Shown: positions 26,019 to 35,587 of the stretch, piece after piece | Layout: the number at the start of each line of letters is the position of its first letter | Position numbering within the stretch: position 1 is the first letter of the stretch | Source of the DNA: a virus | Reading direction: 5' to 3' (one strand) | IMG/VR virus record: IMGVR_UViG_3300045988_023664 | Span: 1 to 57,697 of that record | Length of the DNA stretch: 57,697 nt | The notes under the pieces: model-generated | Seen by the model: only the letters and a program-made list of their open reading frames with translations | Told to the model about the DNA's origin: nothing | Databases searched by the model: none | Program-made: the position numbers and the translations under genes

Positions 26019-26573
26019 TTACTGAATGTAATGTGATAAAACGTCATTGCTCTTAGGTGCGTTAGATATAAGACTTTCTGCTATCTTTTCAGCATTTGTC
26101 TTATTGTCTGCACCGCCTTTATTACTGCCGCCGCCCGGAATATCCTGATGTTTTGCAATCTCCTGTTCCTTAGCCTGTGCCGCAGCTGTTTCTTTCTCGG
26201 ACATAATCTTGCCAAGTTCGGTGTAATCAAGGCTTCCATCATCTGTAACAACTGTCTTTGCCTGTTCAGCAGTAATCTTAAAATTAGTCATAGCTGCTTC
26301 CCTCTGGTCTCTGATAGCGTTAGATTTCTGTAAATCGGCTATCTGCTGATTAGCTGTATCTAGGGCTTTATTTGCCTTTTCAAGCTCTGTCAGATTGCCC
26401 GCCTGTATTTCATCAAGCTGCTTCTGTAATTCATCTGCTGTGTCAGCCTTAGCCTTGTACTGCTTTGCCTTGTTTTTCTCGGTAGCAACTTCTGAATTGT
26501 TCTGATTAAGAAGATTTGTAATCTGTTCATCTGTTGCTTCTGGAAAAAGTTTTAATACATCTTCTCTTGTCAT
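26019..26573 (-). CDS. Scaffolding protein
   Basis: ATG at 26573 after GGAGG. A coiled-coil, Lys/Glu/Gln-rich protein between the portal and capsid genes. Confidence 0.7.
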   Translation of the reverse strand: MTREDVLKLFPEATDEQITNLLNQNNSEVATEKNKAKQYKAKADTADELQKQLDEIQAGNLTELEKANKALDTANQQIADLQKSNAIRDQREAAMTNFKITAEQAKTVVTDDGSLDYTELGKIMSEKETAAAQAKEQEIAKHQDIPGGGSNKGGADNKTNAEKIAESLISNAPKSNDVLSHYIQ

Positions 26574-26680
26574 AATTACCTCCGTTAAACACACGCTTTT
26601 GTTACCGCAGGTCGCTCCTGCTGTGTTTTCTGCTATTTACCGCATAGCTGCAAAATGTATAAAATAAAAGCAGCTACCGA

Positions 26681-28117
26681 TTATTCGATAACTGCCTTAT
26701 TTTGCTGATTATTATTAAGTTGATTAACTATCTCTTGTGCTTTTTGTTCTTGTGCTTCCACATCATCAATAGTCTTGTATATATTATCAAGATATGATTT
26801 TGATAAAAGGAATGTCTTTTCTGCATCTCCCCATAAACCAACTGTCTTAATTGCTATAAGTGGATGTATGCCAGCTTGTAAAAGTAAAAGCAACGTCTGC
26901 GCCTTGGTGTACATATTGTCTTGTGGACTGTGATTTATCTGTACATCAAAATCTCTAACCGATAATTTTAAGTCTTCTCCTGCAAGTCTTAGAATATTAA
27001 GAACCACTACCGCTAACCGCTTTTCGCACGATTTAACAATAGGGTCTTTCAGTTTTGCTCTTGTCTTGGAGAAATCCCATCCGTTTCTTAACTCGACCGC
27101 TCCTTGCGTATCTCCGCCTGTGTTGCCCTGTTTGTTTGGTATAGCCAATATAGATAATGTGTTATCCCACAAATCTTCCTTAGCAACTTGGCATTGTGTC
27201 TGATTAAGCTCTTGTGTCATAATTTCGACATCCGACTTATTGTCTTTATTGATGGACTTAACTGTAAGAGCGTGGTTCATTTTCATTTTTGCAAATGTTT
27301 CTTCATCAACTTCGCAATTTACAAACTTAACCCAGTATTCAACAAACTGCTGTATGCTATCCATTCTGTTAGACTGCATATTATTAATAGAATCCAACAT
27401 ACCTACAACAAGCTCAATATCAGATATTCTTTCGTGGTTATTAGGAAACTCAACGATAGGGATTTCACCATATGTATGTAGTTTTGCTTCAACTACTTTG
27501 CTGTCAACAATTCTAAAAGACATAGTGTCGGAAAAAGCCATTTTATACCAATTCCCATCCTCGTCTTTGAGCTCTTGTACAACAAGCATAGGTTCTTCTG
27601 TGCTTTCATTGTAAACAACGTAAGTATTCATTGGTGTAGGTGCTACAATTCTGAATGGTACATCTCCATTTTTAGGTTGAACCGCCTTAAATGATGTTCC
27701 TGTTGCTGACTGCCACTCTCCAGCTTTAATATCTTTCTCCTGCTTATTGGCATCCGCCATAAAATCATTGAGTATATCAACCGCCTTGTTGATAGCTTCA
27801 TCATCTTTGCGGCTAATAAACTGGATTGGCTCGCCATATGTTTGTCCTACCTTAAACTGGACAATTTCATATGCGTGATTCTCAACAATCTTGTTTGTAA
27901 TATCTTCATTGGTCAGCTTATGCCTGTATAATATTGGTTGGTCTCCCTTGTAATAATCCCACAGATACTTAATAACAGGCTTATTCCAATTAAATACGCC
28001 TATAGTACTTCCAATAACCTTAACAACATTGTTAGCAGTTATTGTATCTACATTCGTGTATGCAATTTTTCTACCATAACAACCTCTAACAAGGTCTTGA
28101 AAATACATTGTGTTCAT
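26681..28117 (-). CDS. Portal protein (SPP1 gp6-like)
   Basis: A 478-aa protein downstream of terL with portal-like composition. Confidence 0.75.
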   Translation of the reverse strand: MNTMYFQDLVRGCYGRKIAYTNVDTITANNVVKVIGSTIGVFNWNKPVIKYLWDYYKGDQPILYRHKLTNEDITNKIVENHAYEIVQFKVGQTYGEPIQFISRKDDEAINKAVDILNDFMADANKQEKDIKAGEWQSATGTSFKAVQPKNGDVPFRIVAPTPMNTYVVYNESTEEPMLVVQELKDEDGNWYKMAFSDTMSFRIVDSKVVEAKLHTYGEIPIVEFPNNHERISDIELVVGMLDSINNMQSNRMDSIQQFVEYWVKFVNCEVDEETFAKMKMNHALTVKSINKDNKSDVEIMTQELNQTQCQVAKEDLWDNTLSILAIPNKQGNTGGDTQGAVELRNGWDFSKTRAKLKDPIVKSCEKRLAVVVLNILRLAGEDLKLSVRDFDVQINHSPQDNMYTKAQTLLLLLQAGIHPLIAIKTVGLWGDAEKTFLLSKSYLDNIYKTIDDVEAQEQKAQEIVNQLNNNQQNKAVIE

Positions 28118-28126
28118 ATCTTGCTC

Positions 28127-28336
28127 CTAATAAAATGTCATACCACTTGAGCTTCTGCTGTCCGGTATTTCTTTAATTTGAAAATTATCATCATCGTTAG
28201 GCACATACCATATCCATTTGTGGCAATGCTTGCACGCTAATTTATGCGTTCTTGGGTCTTTGCTGTCTGCCTTAGTTAAAAACTTATGGCAGTTCGGACA
28301 CATAATTGACTTGTCTTTATTCATATAAAATTCCAT
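28127..28336 (-). CDS. Zinc-ribbon protein (CPNC...CKHC)
   Basis: ORF with two CxxC pairs. Confidence 0.5.
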   Translation of the reverse strand: MEFYMNKDKSIMCPNCHKFLTKADSKDPRTHKLACKHCHKWIWYVPNDDDNFQIKEIPDSRSSSGMTFY

Positions 28337-28354
28337 ATATTACCTCTTTGCATA

Positions 28355-28388
28355 ACAAAAAGCACCGCCACAATTAAGTAACGGCGCT
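28355..28388 (-). terminator. Intrinsic terminator-like hairpin with a T run on the minus strand
   Basis: AGCGCCG-loop-GGCGGTGCT followed by TTTTTGTT. It ends about 25 nt upstream of the start at 28336. Confidence 0.45.
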
Positions 28389-28483
28389 TCTTGATAAGGA
28401 ATGTTTTGTTTATGAAAAACAGTTCTGTAATTTCTTACAGATACAGTATATCATTAGTGCAATATGACATTCTATGACATCTT

Positions 28484-28906
28484 TTACAGATATTCACTCC
28501 CATATTTGTCTTCAAAGGCTTGTAATGCTTTAGCGTGTATCCTGTGTACCTGTCGCCAACACCAGTCTGTTTCATTTGCAATTTTTTCAAATGTAAACTT
28601 TCTGACATATCTTAGAAACAATACTGTGTAATAATCTTCGTTGTTTATCTGCTCTATCTGCTCTATTATTTTGTTCTTTACATCAATGTATTTATCTATA
28701 AGCTTATCAAGGTTTTCTTCCATTTGTTCAAGTCTGACATATCCGCAGCCTGTTTTGTCTGGATCTGATGATGACATAACTCTTTCTTCATTAACAACCG
28801 CTGATATGCTGTATGATAATTCTTTATACTGTGTTATTTCTATCAATTTATTATCAATTATCTTGTTGTAATAACTTATCTGATTAAGATAGTCCTTAGT
28901 TGTCAT
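28484..28906 (-). CDS. Sigma-70 region-4-like transcription regulator (DUF1492/RinA-type candidate)
   Basis: The C-terminal part YYTVLFLRYVRKFTFEKIANETDWCWRQVHRIHAKALQAFE resembles a sigma r4 HTH. Confidence 0.45.
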   Translation of the reverse strand: MTTKDYLNQISYYNKIIDNKLIEITQYKELSYSISAVVNEERVMSSSDPDKTGCGYVRLEQMEENLDKLIDKYIDVKNKIIEQIEQINNEDYYTVLFLRYVRKFTFEKIANETDWCWRQVHRIHAKALQAFEDKYGSEYL

Positions 28907-28912
28907 AATAGA

Positions 28913-30646
28913 TTAATACCTCCTAAATGGGTTTATAGCAGCTTCAACCTTTGCTACTCTATTACCCTGTGTCATCCTCAATGCAAAGTTTGAAAATACA
29001 TCTGGTACATCATCTAACTGTTTCTTTCCTGATACTGAATACTGTTTTAAAAGTGACATCATTACTCCGTATGGTTCATTAGGTTTGTAAAGTGATGCGT
29101 CTTTAAAAATAATGTGTTGCAAAATCCAGTTAGAACATTGAAATATCCTTGCTTCCTTATTCGTTTCCGTAGGTGTATCTGTAATATTACATATCCAGCC
29201 TACACTCTCAACTCTCTTATTAACTTCCATTGCAACCCTGTCACCGCCAGCATTACGCTCAAACTCGCACTCTTGCACTTTATTATTTACAAGCACACCT
29301 GCGGCATTTCTGTATTGTTCTTCATAATCTGCTGTGTTGTCACATACGCAATCAACGCAGTAATAATCTTCTCCATATTTTTGCAATACAGGCAGCACAA
29401 AATAATCCGTACCTTTGCCCTTAGTATCGCATTGCGCTGTGATAATTTCCGGTTCTCCGTGTGGTAGATTAAGGTATCTGCGGATTTTATCGTCCGGGAA
29501 TAATAAGCCCTCACGTTCTATAGGGTCTTGTTTATACAGGCAGCGATATGAGATTTCATCCATAAGCAGCTGAATATCTTCAAAATCCTTTACTGTATAG
29601 CCGCCAAATTCAAAGTCAAAATTACTTTCTCCTGTTACTGGGTCTACATCAGGCACGGATATTACTTTAACTCGTTTGTTTCCCTCATAAGCTTGTATAA
29701 TACGTCCTATTACATCTCTAACGCTCCACCTTGTAGCAATATGTATTTCTTTACATGGGTTTCCATCCTCGTCCGGTATCTTTCTTTGTCGTGCATCTAC
29801 TGCATATTTATCCCACAATTTATCAAGATAGGTTGGGTTTAGTGCTTCTTCAATGCCGCCTATCATATCATCAACTAGCAGAAATTTATTGGCTCTGACT
29901 TTACCGGCATTTTTACTGCCGACGGATGTACATTGTACAGATTGAAACGGCTTATATTTTCCTACGTTAAACTGTTCAAGTTTTGCATTTGTACTTGTTA
30001 CTTCAAGTCCAGGGAACACTTCTCTCCATGTATACTCGTCAGCGTTTGTGACAATATCGTATACTCCATCATAATACATTCGTGTAATGTCTCCGCTGTG
30101 TGAATAAAAAAGGTTATATCCGTTTGAGTACCAACCTATAACCGCAGAATGGAAAAACTTTTCGATTGTGGTTTTTCCTGTTCCGGGTGGGAGAGAAATA
30201 CATAAAATATCATATTTATCATCAATCATGCCTTGTAATGCTTCTATTAAGCCTATTTTGATAAACTGTTTTCTTCTCGGCATATAGAATCTTTCTTTAG
30301 GTTCACGTTTCTTTTCTATGTATCTAAAAAAACTGTCAACAACTTTGTTTTGTGCTTCAATCAGTAAAATATCGTAAAACCAATTAATCAGCTCATATTC
30401 CGTTTTATTTGCAAACGCATACTTTTCTAAATCCCATATTGTTCCACCTGTCTTGCCCTTGCAGAAACGCTCTATAAGCTCTTTTGCTCTCTTAGTGAGT
30501 TGTAGTCCATACTCAATATCTTTCTCGCCATTTATGGCTACACTGCAAGCGTCTACATAGGCATTAGTTACTTGCTCGTCTATTCCATTTCTCTCTATGT
30601 AATTTTCGTAACTATCAACTGTGGAAATAAGGCTTTGACTAGCCAT
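28913..30646 (-). CDS. terL: Terminase large subunit
   Basis: Walker A LPPGTGKTT and Walker B FLLVDDM, with a C-terminal nuclease-type region. The ATG at 30646 follows GGAGGTG. Confidence 0.85.
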   Translation of the reverse strand: MASQSLISTVDSYENYIERNGIDEQVTNAYVDACSVAINGEKDIEYGLQLTKRAKELIERFCKGKTGGTIWDLEKYAFANKTEYELINWFYDILLIEAQNKVVDSFFRYIEKKREPKERFYMPRRKQFIKIGLIEALQGMIDDKYDILCISLPPGTGKTTIEKFFHSAVIGWYSNGYNLFYSHSGDITRMYYDGVYDIVTNADEYTWREVFPGLEVTSTNAKLEQFNVGKYKPFQSVQCTSVGSKNAGKVRANKFLLVDDMIGGIEEALNPTYLDKLWDKYAVDARQRKIPDEDGNPCKEIHIATRWSVRDVIGRIIQAYEGNKRVKVISVPDVDPVTGESNFDFEFGGYTVKDFEDIQLLMDEISYRCLYKQDPIEREGLLFPDDKIRRYLNLPHGEPEIITAQCDTKGKGTDYFVLPVLQKYGEDYYCVDCVCDNTADYEEQYRNAAGVLVNNKVQECEFERNAGGDRVAMEVNKRVESVGWICNITDTPTETNKEARIFQCSNWILQHIIFKDASLYKPNEPYGVMMSLLKQYSVSGKKQLDDVPDVFSNFALRMTQGNRVAKVEAAINPFRRY

Positions 30647-30767
30647 AAGAAAAGCACCTCCACTTTTAAAAAGCAAAGGTGCTTATAGACCTCTGCCTAT
30701 AATTGTTTTAGGGTAGCGCCATAAATCATTTATATGGCGGTAATATTTATTATTTCAGCAATCATCT

Positions 30768-31166
30768 TTAAATGTTAGGATAAACATTTCTTTTAGTTGT
30801 GCATGCATATATCCCTTTTTTCTCCAGTAATAAAGAATAACAATCAATTACATCTTCTGCTGGGCATGCATATATTTTTATGCCATATTTTTCAGCGGTT
30901 ATTCTTTCAATGTGGCATCCATTCCAGCACCAACTGCCTTCAATTCCGATAAACACATCAGCCTGTGCTAACTTCTTAAGACTTTCTCCAAGATACCATA
31001 TAGCCTGATTATTATTCTGTGGCGGATTGTCCTCAATGTAGCTGTCAATAAGCTCTAATTCCTCACCCTCGTATATCTCTGCAATCCGCTTCATTTTCCG
31101 AATACTTGCTTTGATTTCTTCCTCTGCTCTGCCTTTCATTGGCACGCTTACAAATAACTTTTTCAT
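30768..31166 (-). CDS. DUF4406 / nucleoside 2-deoxyribosyltransferase-like protein
   Basis: ATG at 31166 after AAGGAG. The pattern MKKLFVSVPMKG...ADVFIGIEGSW..GCHIE...A..YGIKIY is a recollection-level match. Confidence 0.4.
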   Translation of the reverse strand: MKKLFVSVPMKGRAEEEIKASIRKMKRIAEIYEGEELELIDSYIEDNPPQNNNQAIWYLGESLKKLAQADVFIGIEGSWCWNGCHIERITAEKYGIKIYACPAEDVIDCYSLLLEKKGIYACTTKRNVYPNI

Positions 31167-31298
31167 AATTTCAACTCCTTTTCTCCACCAATTCATCTGC
31201 ATACCTTTTCATTTCAATTTGTGTTCCGTTTTCGTCCTTTGTGTATACATTTACGTATTTCTTCGATGCAATTATTCATTTCAGTTATTTTCATAACC

Positions 31299-31559
31299 TC
31301 ATTCCTTTCTCGCACTATTCACTAATGATTTTGTTTCCTCTAAGATTTTCATTGCTAAAGCTCTTGAAAACTCCATATTGTCTTTAGGGTATCTTCCTAA
31401 GATTGATTTTGCGTACTCATTAACTGCATCAACGGAAACATCAATACCTATTACTTTTCCAGATACCTCTACACATTCTGCTCTCTTTTCATCATTTGTG
31501 CATTTATTGTCTTTGTTGTATCGGCAAGTAGTTAAGTCGCAATCATTCATTTTTAACAC
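31299..31559 (-). CDS. Hypothetical protein
   Basis: ORF in an operon. Confidence 0.5.
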   Translation of the reverse strand: MLKMNDCDLTTCRYNKDNKCTNDEKRAECVEVSGKVIGIDVSVDAVNEYAKSILGRYPKDNMEFSRALAMKILEETKSLVNSARKE

Positions 31560-31839
31560 ACCCCATTCTGCCAGCTATATAATGACTTCTTGTATCGCAA
31601 ACTGTCCTACAATCAATAACATTGCCCTTATCGAGGCAAATCTCAAGATGCTCACATTTATCGCACTTTGCATCTTTCTCTTTATATTTCTCTGACTTGT
31701 ATTCCTTAAAATCCTTACACTCATAGTCTAAGCTTGTGTCGTTTCCTTTGGCGCAAGTGTAGACGGGATATTCGTATCCTATTTCTTCATCGAAAATATA
31801 ATCTTCTTCGCTGAATTTACATTTTGAACAATCATTCAT
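31543..31839 (-). CDS. Cys-rich hypothetical protein
   Basis: ORF with multiple CxxC motifs. Confidence 0.5.
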   Translation of the reverse strand: MNDCSKCKFSEEDYIFDEEIGYEYPVYTCAKGNDTSLDYECKDFKEYKSEKYKEKDAKCDKCEHLEICLDKGNVIDCRTVCDTRSHYIAGRMGCVKNE

Positions 31840-32122
31840 TCCTCATAAACCTCTCAAAATCTTTCCTGCATTTAGGGCATAAGTCAATTTGCTTTGTCTT
31901 TGTACAATAGTATTCTTCTAATACGATGTTTTCTATGCCATTTGTACTTATGACCGGCTCTATTCTCCCTTGTTTAATTTCCGTAAATATTTCCTTGAAA
32001 GACATAGCCTTTTTTAAATTTACGGTTCTTAGATAAGGGAATATTCGGTCATACCATATTTTAGGCTTTTCTATTTCCGTCCCGCACCTGTCGCAAGTGT
32101 GCCATTCTTTGTTATGCTTCAT
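31832..32122 (-). CDS. Zinc-ribbon hypothetical protein
   Basis: CDRCG...CPKC pairs. Confidence 0.5.
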   Translation of the reverse strand: MKHNKEWHTCDRCGTEIEKPKIWYDRIFPYLRTVNLKKAMSFKEIFTEIKQGRIEPVISTNGIENIVLEEYYCTKTKQIDLCPKCRKDFERFMRNE

Positions 32123-32390
32123 CGTGAATATCCTCCCAAATTCTGCAAAACTCCTTGAATGTTTTCTTGTCCATCAGTGAAGCTATTTCGTGCAAGTTTA
32201 CAATGTTGATTTCTGCGTCTTGCTCATATTGCACATTGGCAACAAGGTCTATATTGACCATTGGAAGCCTCCCGGCATAATGTTCTATCTTATATGAACG
32301 ACATAGGCACTTTTCGCCATCAATCGTAACTTTAGCACATTCTGGGCATCCTTCTATTGATTCTACTTTGAATTTATGCATATTACTCAT
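32112..32390 (-). CDS. Hypothetical protein
   Basis: ORF track entry 32112..32444. An internal start near 32390/32381 is preferred because it abuts the upstream stop. Confidence 0.45.
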   Translation of the reverse strand: MSNMHKFKVESIEGCPECAKVTIDGEKCLCRSYKIEHYAGRLPMVNIDLVANVQYEQDAEINIVNLHEIASLMDKKTFKEFCRIWEDIHDEA

Positions 32391-32583
32391 TCTTCCCCCA
32401 TAAATTATCTGGTAATTCCTCGCCGCCATATATCTTGTTAGCATATTTAAGGAATGTTGGTTTGCTACAGCCTGCTATCTTTGACGCTTTTTCCTGCGAT
32501 ACCTGCCCCGATACATAAAGGTTCATTGCTTCATAGAATTTGTCTTTGTTTAGTGGATGTACGCCTGCTGCCATAATAATCAC
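32383..32583 (-). CDS. Small HTH protein
   Basis: SQEKASKIAGCSKPTFLKYANKI looks like an HTH. Confidence 0.45.
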   Translation of the reverse strand: MIIMAAGVHPLNKDKFYEAMNLYVSGQVSQEKASKIAGCSKPTFLKYANKIYGGEELPDNLWGKNE

Positions 32584-32586
32584 TCC

Positions 32587-33666
32587 TTACCATTCCTTAC
32601 TTTCACACCAACTACTCTTACAAGCGTGATTCATAATGTTGATTAAAACCTTTTCAGAAGAAAAATGAACTAAGCTGTAATCGCATTGTGCTGAAAACTT
32701 TGTGTTGAAATATTCATCAACCAACATCTTGTAGTCTGTATTATCGTCCATATCACTTATAGCCGCATAATAGGTATCTATATATCCGTCACGCTCTATG
32801 TCGGTTTCTTTTGTTAGGTTATCTACTACTCTTGATAAAACCTTATCTGTTAATGGGTAGTGATATTCTCCAGTACATTCTCCGTGTTTATCTAAAAAGT
32901 ATTTAAAGAATGCTTCTACATTTTCTTTGAGTGTTTTATCATTAGTCCAATCATAAGCTATCTTGCCAGCTCTACTTATCATTCTTTCCTCGGCAACTTC
33001 CCAATCACTTTGAGAGTATTCGCTTATCGGCTTAAACTCTTTCACTTTTTTATCTTTGCTTAAAAAAGAATTACATTGTTCTCTGTTAAGAGAATTACAC
33101 TCTGTACTATTTGATTTGTAATCTTTGTTTAAGTAATCTATGTTAGTACTCTTTGGTATTGCTTCGTCACTAGCTTGTGTTTGATTTTCCATTGGCTCAT
33201 TATTGATTGCGCACTCGTGCGTAATGGTTTTTTCATTTTCTGGAATTTTAATTTTATAATCGCTTAATGGATAGCCATTCTTTTTAAGGTCTTTTGCAAT
33301 ATTTACAAGATTTACCCTATATTGTAATGTTCTATCCCACTTATATTTAGGGTTATTTCGTTTTGAGATATAACCCATATTCACCAAATCGCTGATATAT
33401 CTTCTTATCTGGCTTGCAGATAAACCTAACATAACCTCATCAGCTAATTCCTCGGCGGTTTTATATATCCAACCATAGAAAAGCTCTCTTTCCTCTTCTC
33501 CATTGCTCTTTGCGATCTCATTTTCTTTCTTGATAAACTTATCGGCATCTGAAACTCTTTCAGACCAATAGATAAACTGATTAAGAATGATTGCTTTTCT
33601 ATAATCGTTTGTTATTGATAATAAATCTTCTCTAATTACTGCTTTTTTAATTTTTATGTCTGTCAT
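32587..33666 (-). CDS. Winged-helix DNA-binding protein, replication-initiator-like
   Basis: WIYKTAEELADEVMLGLSASQIRRYISDLVNMGYISKRNNP resembles RepA_N/DnaD-type wHTH domains. Confidence 0.4.
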   Translation of the reverse strand: MTDIKIKKAVIREDLLSITNDYRKAIILNQFIYWSERVSDADKFIKKENEIAKSNGEEERELFYGWIYKTAEELADEVMLGLSASQIRRYISDLVNMGYISKRNNPKYKWDRTLQYRVNLVNIAKDLKKNGYPLSDYKIKIPENEKTITHECAINNEPMENQTQASDEAIPKSTNIDYLNKDYKSNSTECNSLNREQCNSFLSKDKKVKEFKPISEYSQSDWEVAEERMISRAGKIAYDWTNDKTLKENVEAFFKYFLDKHGECTGEYHYPLTDKVLSRVVDNLTKETDIERDGYIDTYYAAISDMDDNTDYKMLVDEYFNTKFSAQCDYSLVHFSSEKVLINIMNHACKSSWCESKEW

Positions 33667-33776
33667 AAATTACCTCCTACGATAGATAACCCTACGATTT
33701 ATATAAAAACAGTTGCCAGGAGTTCGTAGGTTACTCTTTTCGTGTTGCAATCACTAGGCAACTGATTTTACCAATA

Positions 33777-34013
33777 TTATTCCGGCTTGTTCATCTCGAA
33801 GAAATGCTTCTTACATCTTGATTCGTCACTGTCAAAGCTGCAATCTGGCTTAAATCGTTTTTGGCATTCATCACAAGACCAAGATGTTACGCCTTTAAGT
33901 TCTGAAACAGCACCACAAAGCTCGTACAATTCATCATCTGTGCAATTCAGCACATAATCTACAAGCTCCATTCTTATTTTTCCGATTGAACGATGTTTAA
34001 TTAATTTTGCCAT
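33777..34013 (-). CDS. Hypothetical Cys-containing protein
   Basis: ATG at 34013 after AAAGGCAGG. Confidence 0.5.
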   Translation of the reverse strand: MAKLIKHRSIGKIRMELVDYVLNCTDDELYELCGAVSELKGVTSWSCDECQKRFKPDCSFDSDESRCKKHFFEMNKPE

Positions 34014-34106
34014 GTTTACCTGCCTTTCTGATAACTGCCTTATTAACAAAACAACAAACAGGCACTAAGGCTTGTGCTTTTCGGTAGCTAACCTAGTTTG
34101 TTGTAA

Positions 34107-34178
34107 TCGGATAGATAGGACTTGAACCTATGACTACTTGAATGAATCAAGCGTTGCTCCCAACTGAACTACTATCCG
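34107..34178 (-). tRNA. tRNA-like gene with apparent anticodon UCA (opal-reading/suppressor-like), atypical D and anticodon arms
   Basis: Manual fold: perfect 7-bp acceptor (CGGATAG/CTATCCG), T arm ATAGG-TTCAAGT-CCTAT, anticodon arm GCTTG-ATTCATT-CAAGT. U at position 37 and a short or irregular D arm. Confidence 0.5.
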
Positions 34179-34294
34179 AAAAGTGGTAGCAGTAGTGGTT
34201 ACTGCCACTTTGAAATTGCTTTTGCCACTACTTTGTGCAATTTCATGCGGACTTTCTACCGCTTACGGCAAGGTTAACCCCTGTCGTAAGTTAG

Positions 34295-34377
34295 CGCCGA
34301 TATCGTGAATCGAACACGAACAACATTTCTGTTGGATAGCTTAGCGAGCTACTGGAATACCATTATCCCATATCGGC
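34295..34377 (-). tRNA. tRNA-Ser(GCU), type II with a long variable arm
   Basis: Acceptor GCCGATA/TATCGGC, T arm TCGTG-TTCGATT-CACGA, variable stem CAACA/TGTTG, anticodon loop UCGCUAA (C at position 33). Confidence 0.7.
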
Positions 34378-34676
34378 AATTTTATTCGCCATACCTATGA
34401 TTCTTTAAGTTTTGTGGTTTCTGGATCATCAAATATTATTCTCATAGATATGGCTTAATCGAGACTTCATGCCTAGCTGATATTGCACAGTATGGAAACC
34501 TTAGCATACTTCCGAAATACTTTCTTTTCACCGCTTCACTGGATTTCGAAAATACAATAATCCGCTCGGCAAGTTGAAAAACAATTATTCTTTTAATCCC
34601 CATAAGGGCATCCCATACAACAATCATCAAAACTCCCTCGCTTCGCGTAATTATTTGTTCTAGGTTTTAACCTATA

Positions 34677-34748
34677 GCTGGCAAGGTGGGAATCGAACCC
34701 ACGACAAGTCGGTTAACAGCCGACTGCTCTACCACTGAGCTACAAGCC
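34677..34748 (-). tRNA. tRNA-Asn(GUU)
   Basis: GTAGCTCAGTGGTAGAGC D arm, anticodon arm GTCGG-CTGTTAA-CCGAC, T arm GTGGG-TTCGATT-CCCAC. The acceptor stem has two adjacent U-U mismatches. Confidence 0.8.
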
Positions 34749-35062
34749 AAGATTTGAGGGTACTACGATTCAAGCACTCTCTGATAAAATTACATACAAG
34801 AGGGGTTGTATGTAATACCGCCTGTAACGGCTATCAAGAAACAAGAACAGAAACAATAAAATATTAGGGGTGTTTTGATAAGGAGTGCTTCTTGATAAGT
34901 TGGTTTTCACATGGCTATGTATATACACGCCAAACCCTCTCAAGCGGTCTTGCACCGCTTTTAACTGAACAAAATCCAAAGAGGTACATGAAAGGAGGAC
35001 TGTTCTGTGTAAAATGCAAAAACACAATAATGAACAGCCAAACAAATAAAAAGAAAAATAAA

Positions 35063-35134
35063 CTACCCTTATGGGAATCGAACCCATATTGCAGGAATCA
35101 AGCTCCTGTGCATTAACCATTATACTAAAGGGCA
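35063..35134 (-). tRNA. tRNA-Gln(UUG)-like
   Basis: Canonical 72-nt cloverleaf: acceptor TGCCCTT/AAGGGTA, T arm ATGGG-TTCGATT-CCCAT. The anticodon loop is GCUUGAU, giving UUG with C at position 33. Confidence 0.65.
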
Positions 35135-35218
35135 ATAGTGGCTATTCCCAGTATGCATTCGCCACAAGTCGCAGTGTACTATCCTTTGCAACCATTATAC
35201 TTTCAATGACTGACACGA

Positions 35219-35587
35219 CTATTCTGACAATTCTATGTATTTGTCAATGTACCACTTGGCTTTTTGAATATCCTCTAAGCCATTCTTGTTATTATGTCTG
35301 TAAATGTACTTAAAGGCATTGCATAAGCAAAAGTTCTTAACGGCTTCCTTGCCCTGTGTTTCCAACATAACATCTATACATTCAAAACTGCCAGTCTCAT
35401 AATGGCTCGGATGATTAACATTGTCATTTACCGGTTTTTCATTGACGCTAGGAGCAACATCTTTAAGTGGAGTAAAATTGTTATTTTTCCCACCATTTAC
35501 AATGCAATCATTACATGGTCGCTGATTGAATAGTTTCAGCTTACTTTCACAATTAAGGCACATATTTATTATATTTCTTGATTTCAT
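35219..35587 (-). CDS. DUF3310 (SaV-like) protein
   Basis: The motifs HPSHY...FECIDV...CNAFKYIYR...DIQKAKWYI are characteristic. Confidence 0.7.
   Translation of the reverse strand: MKSRNIINMCLNCESKLKLFNQRPCNDCIVNGGKNNNFTPLKDVAPSVNEKPVNDNVNHPSHYETGSFECIDVMLETQGKEAVKNFCLCNAFKYIYRHNNKNGLEDIQKAKWYIDKYIELSE

Noticed and set aside
34770-35135. 121-aa minus-strand ORF (and plus-strand ORFs 34892..35116 and 35071..35313)
   Set aside because: They overlap the tRNA-Gln-like gene and structured spacer RNA and have low-complexity, non-protein-like sequence.
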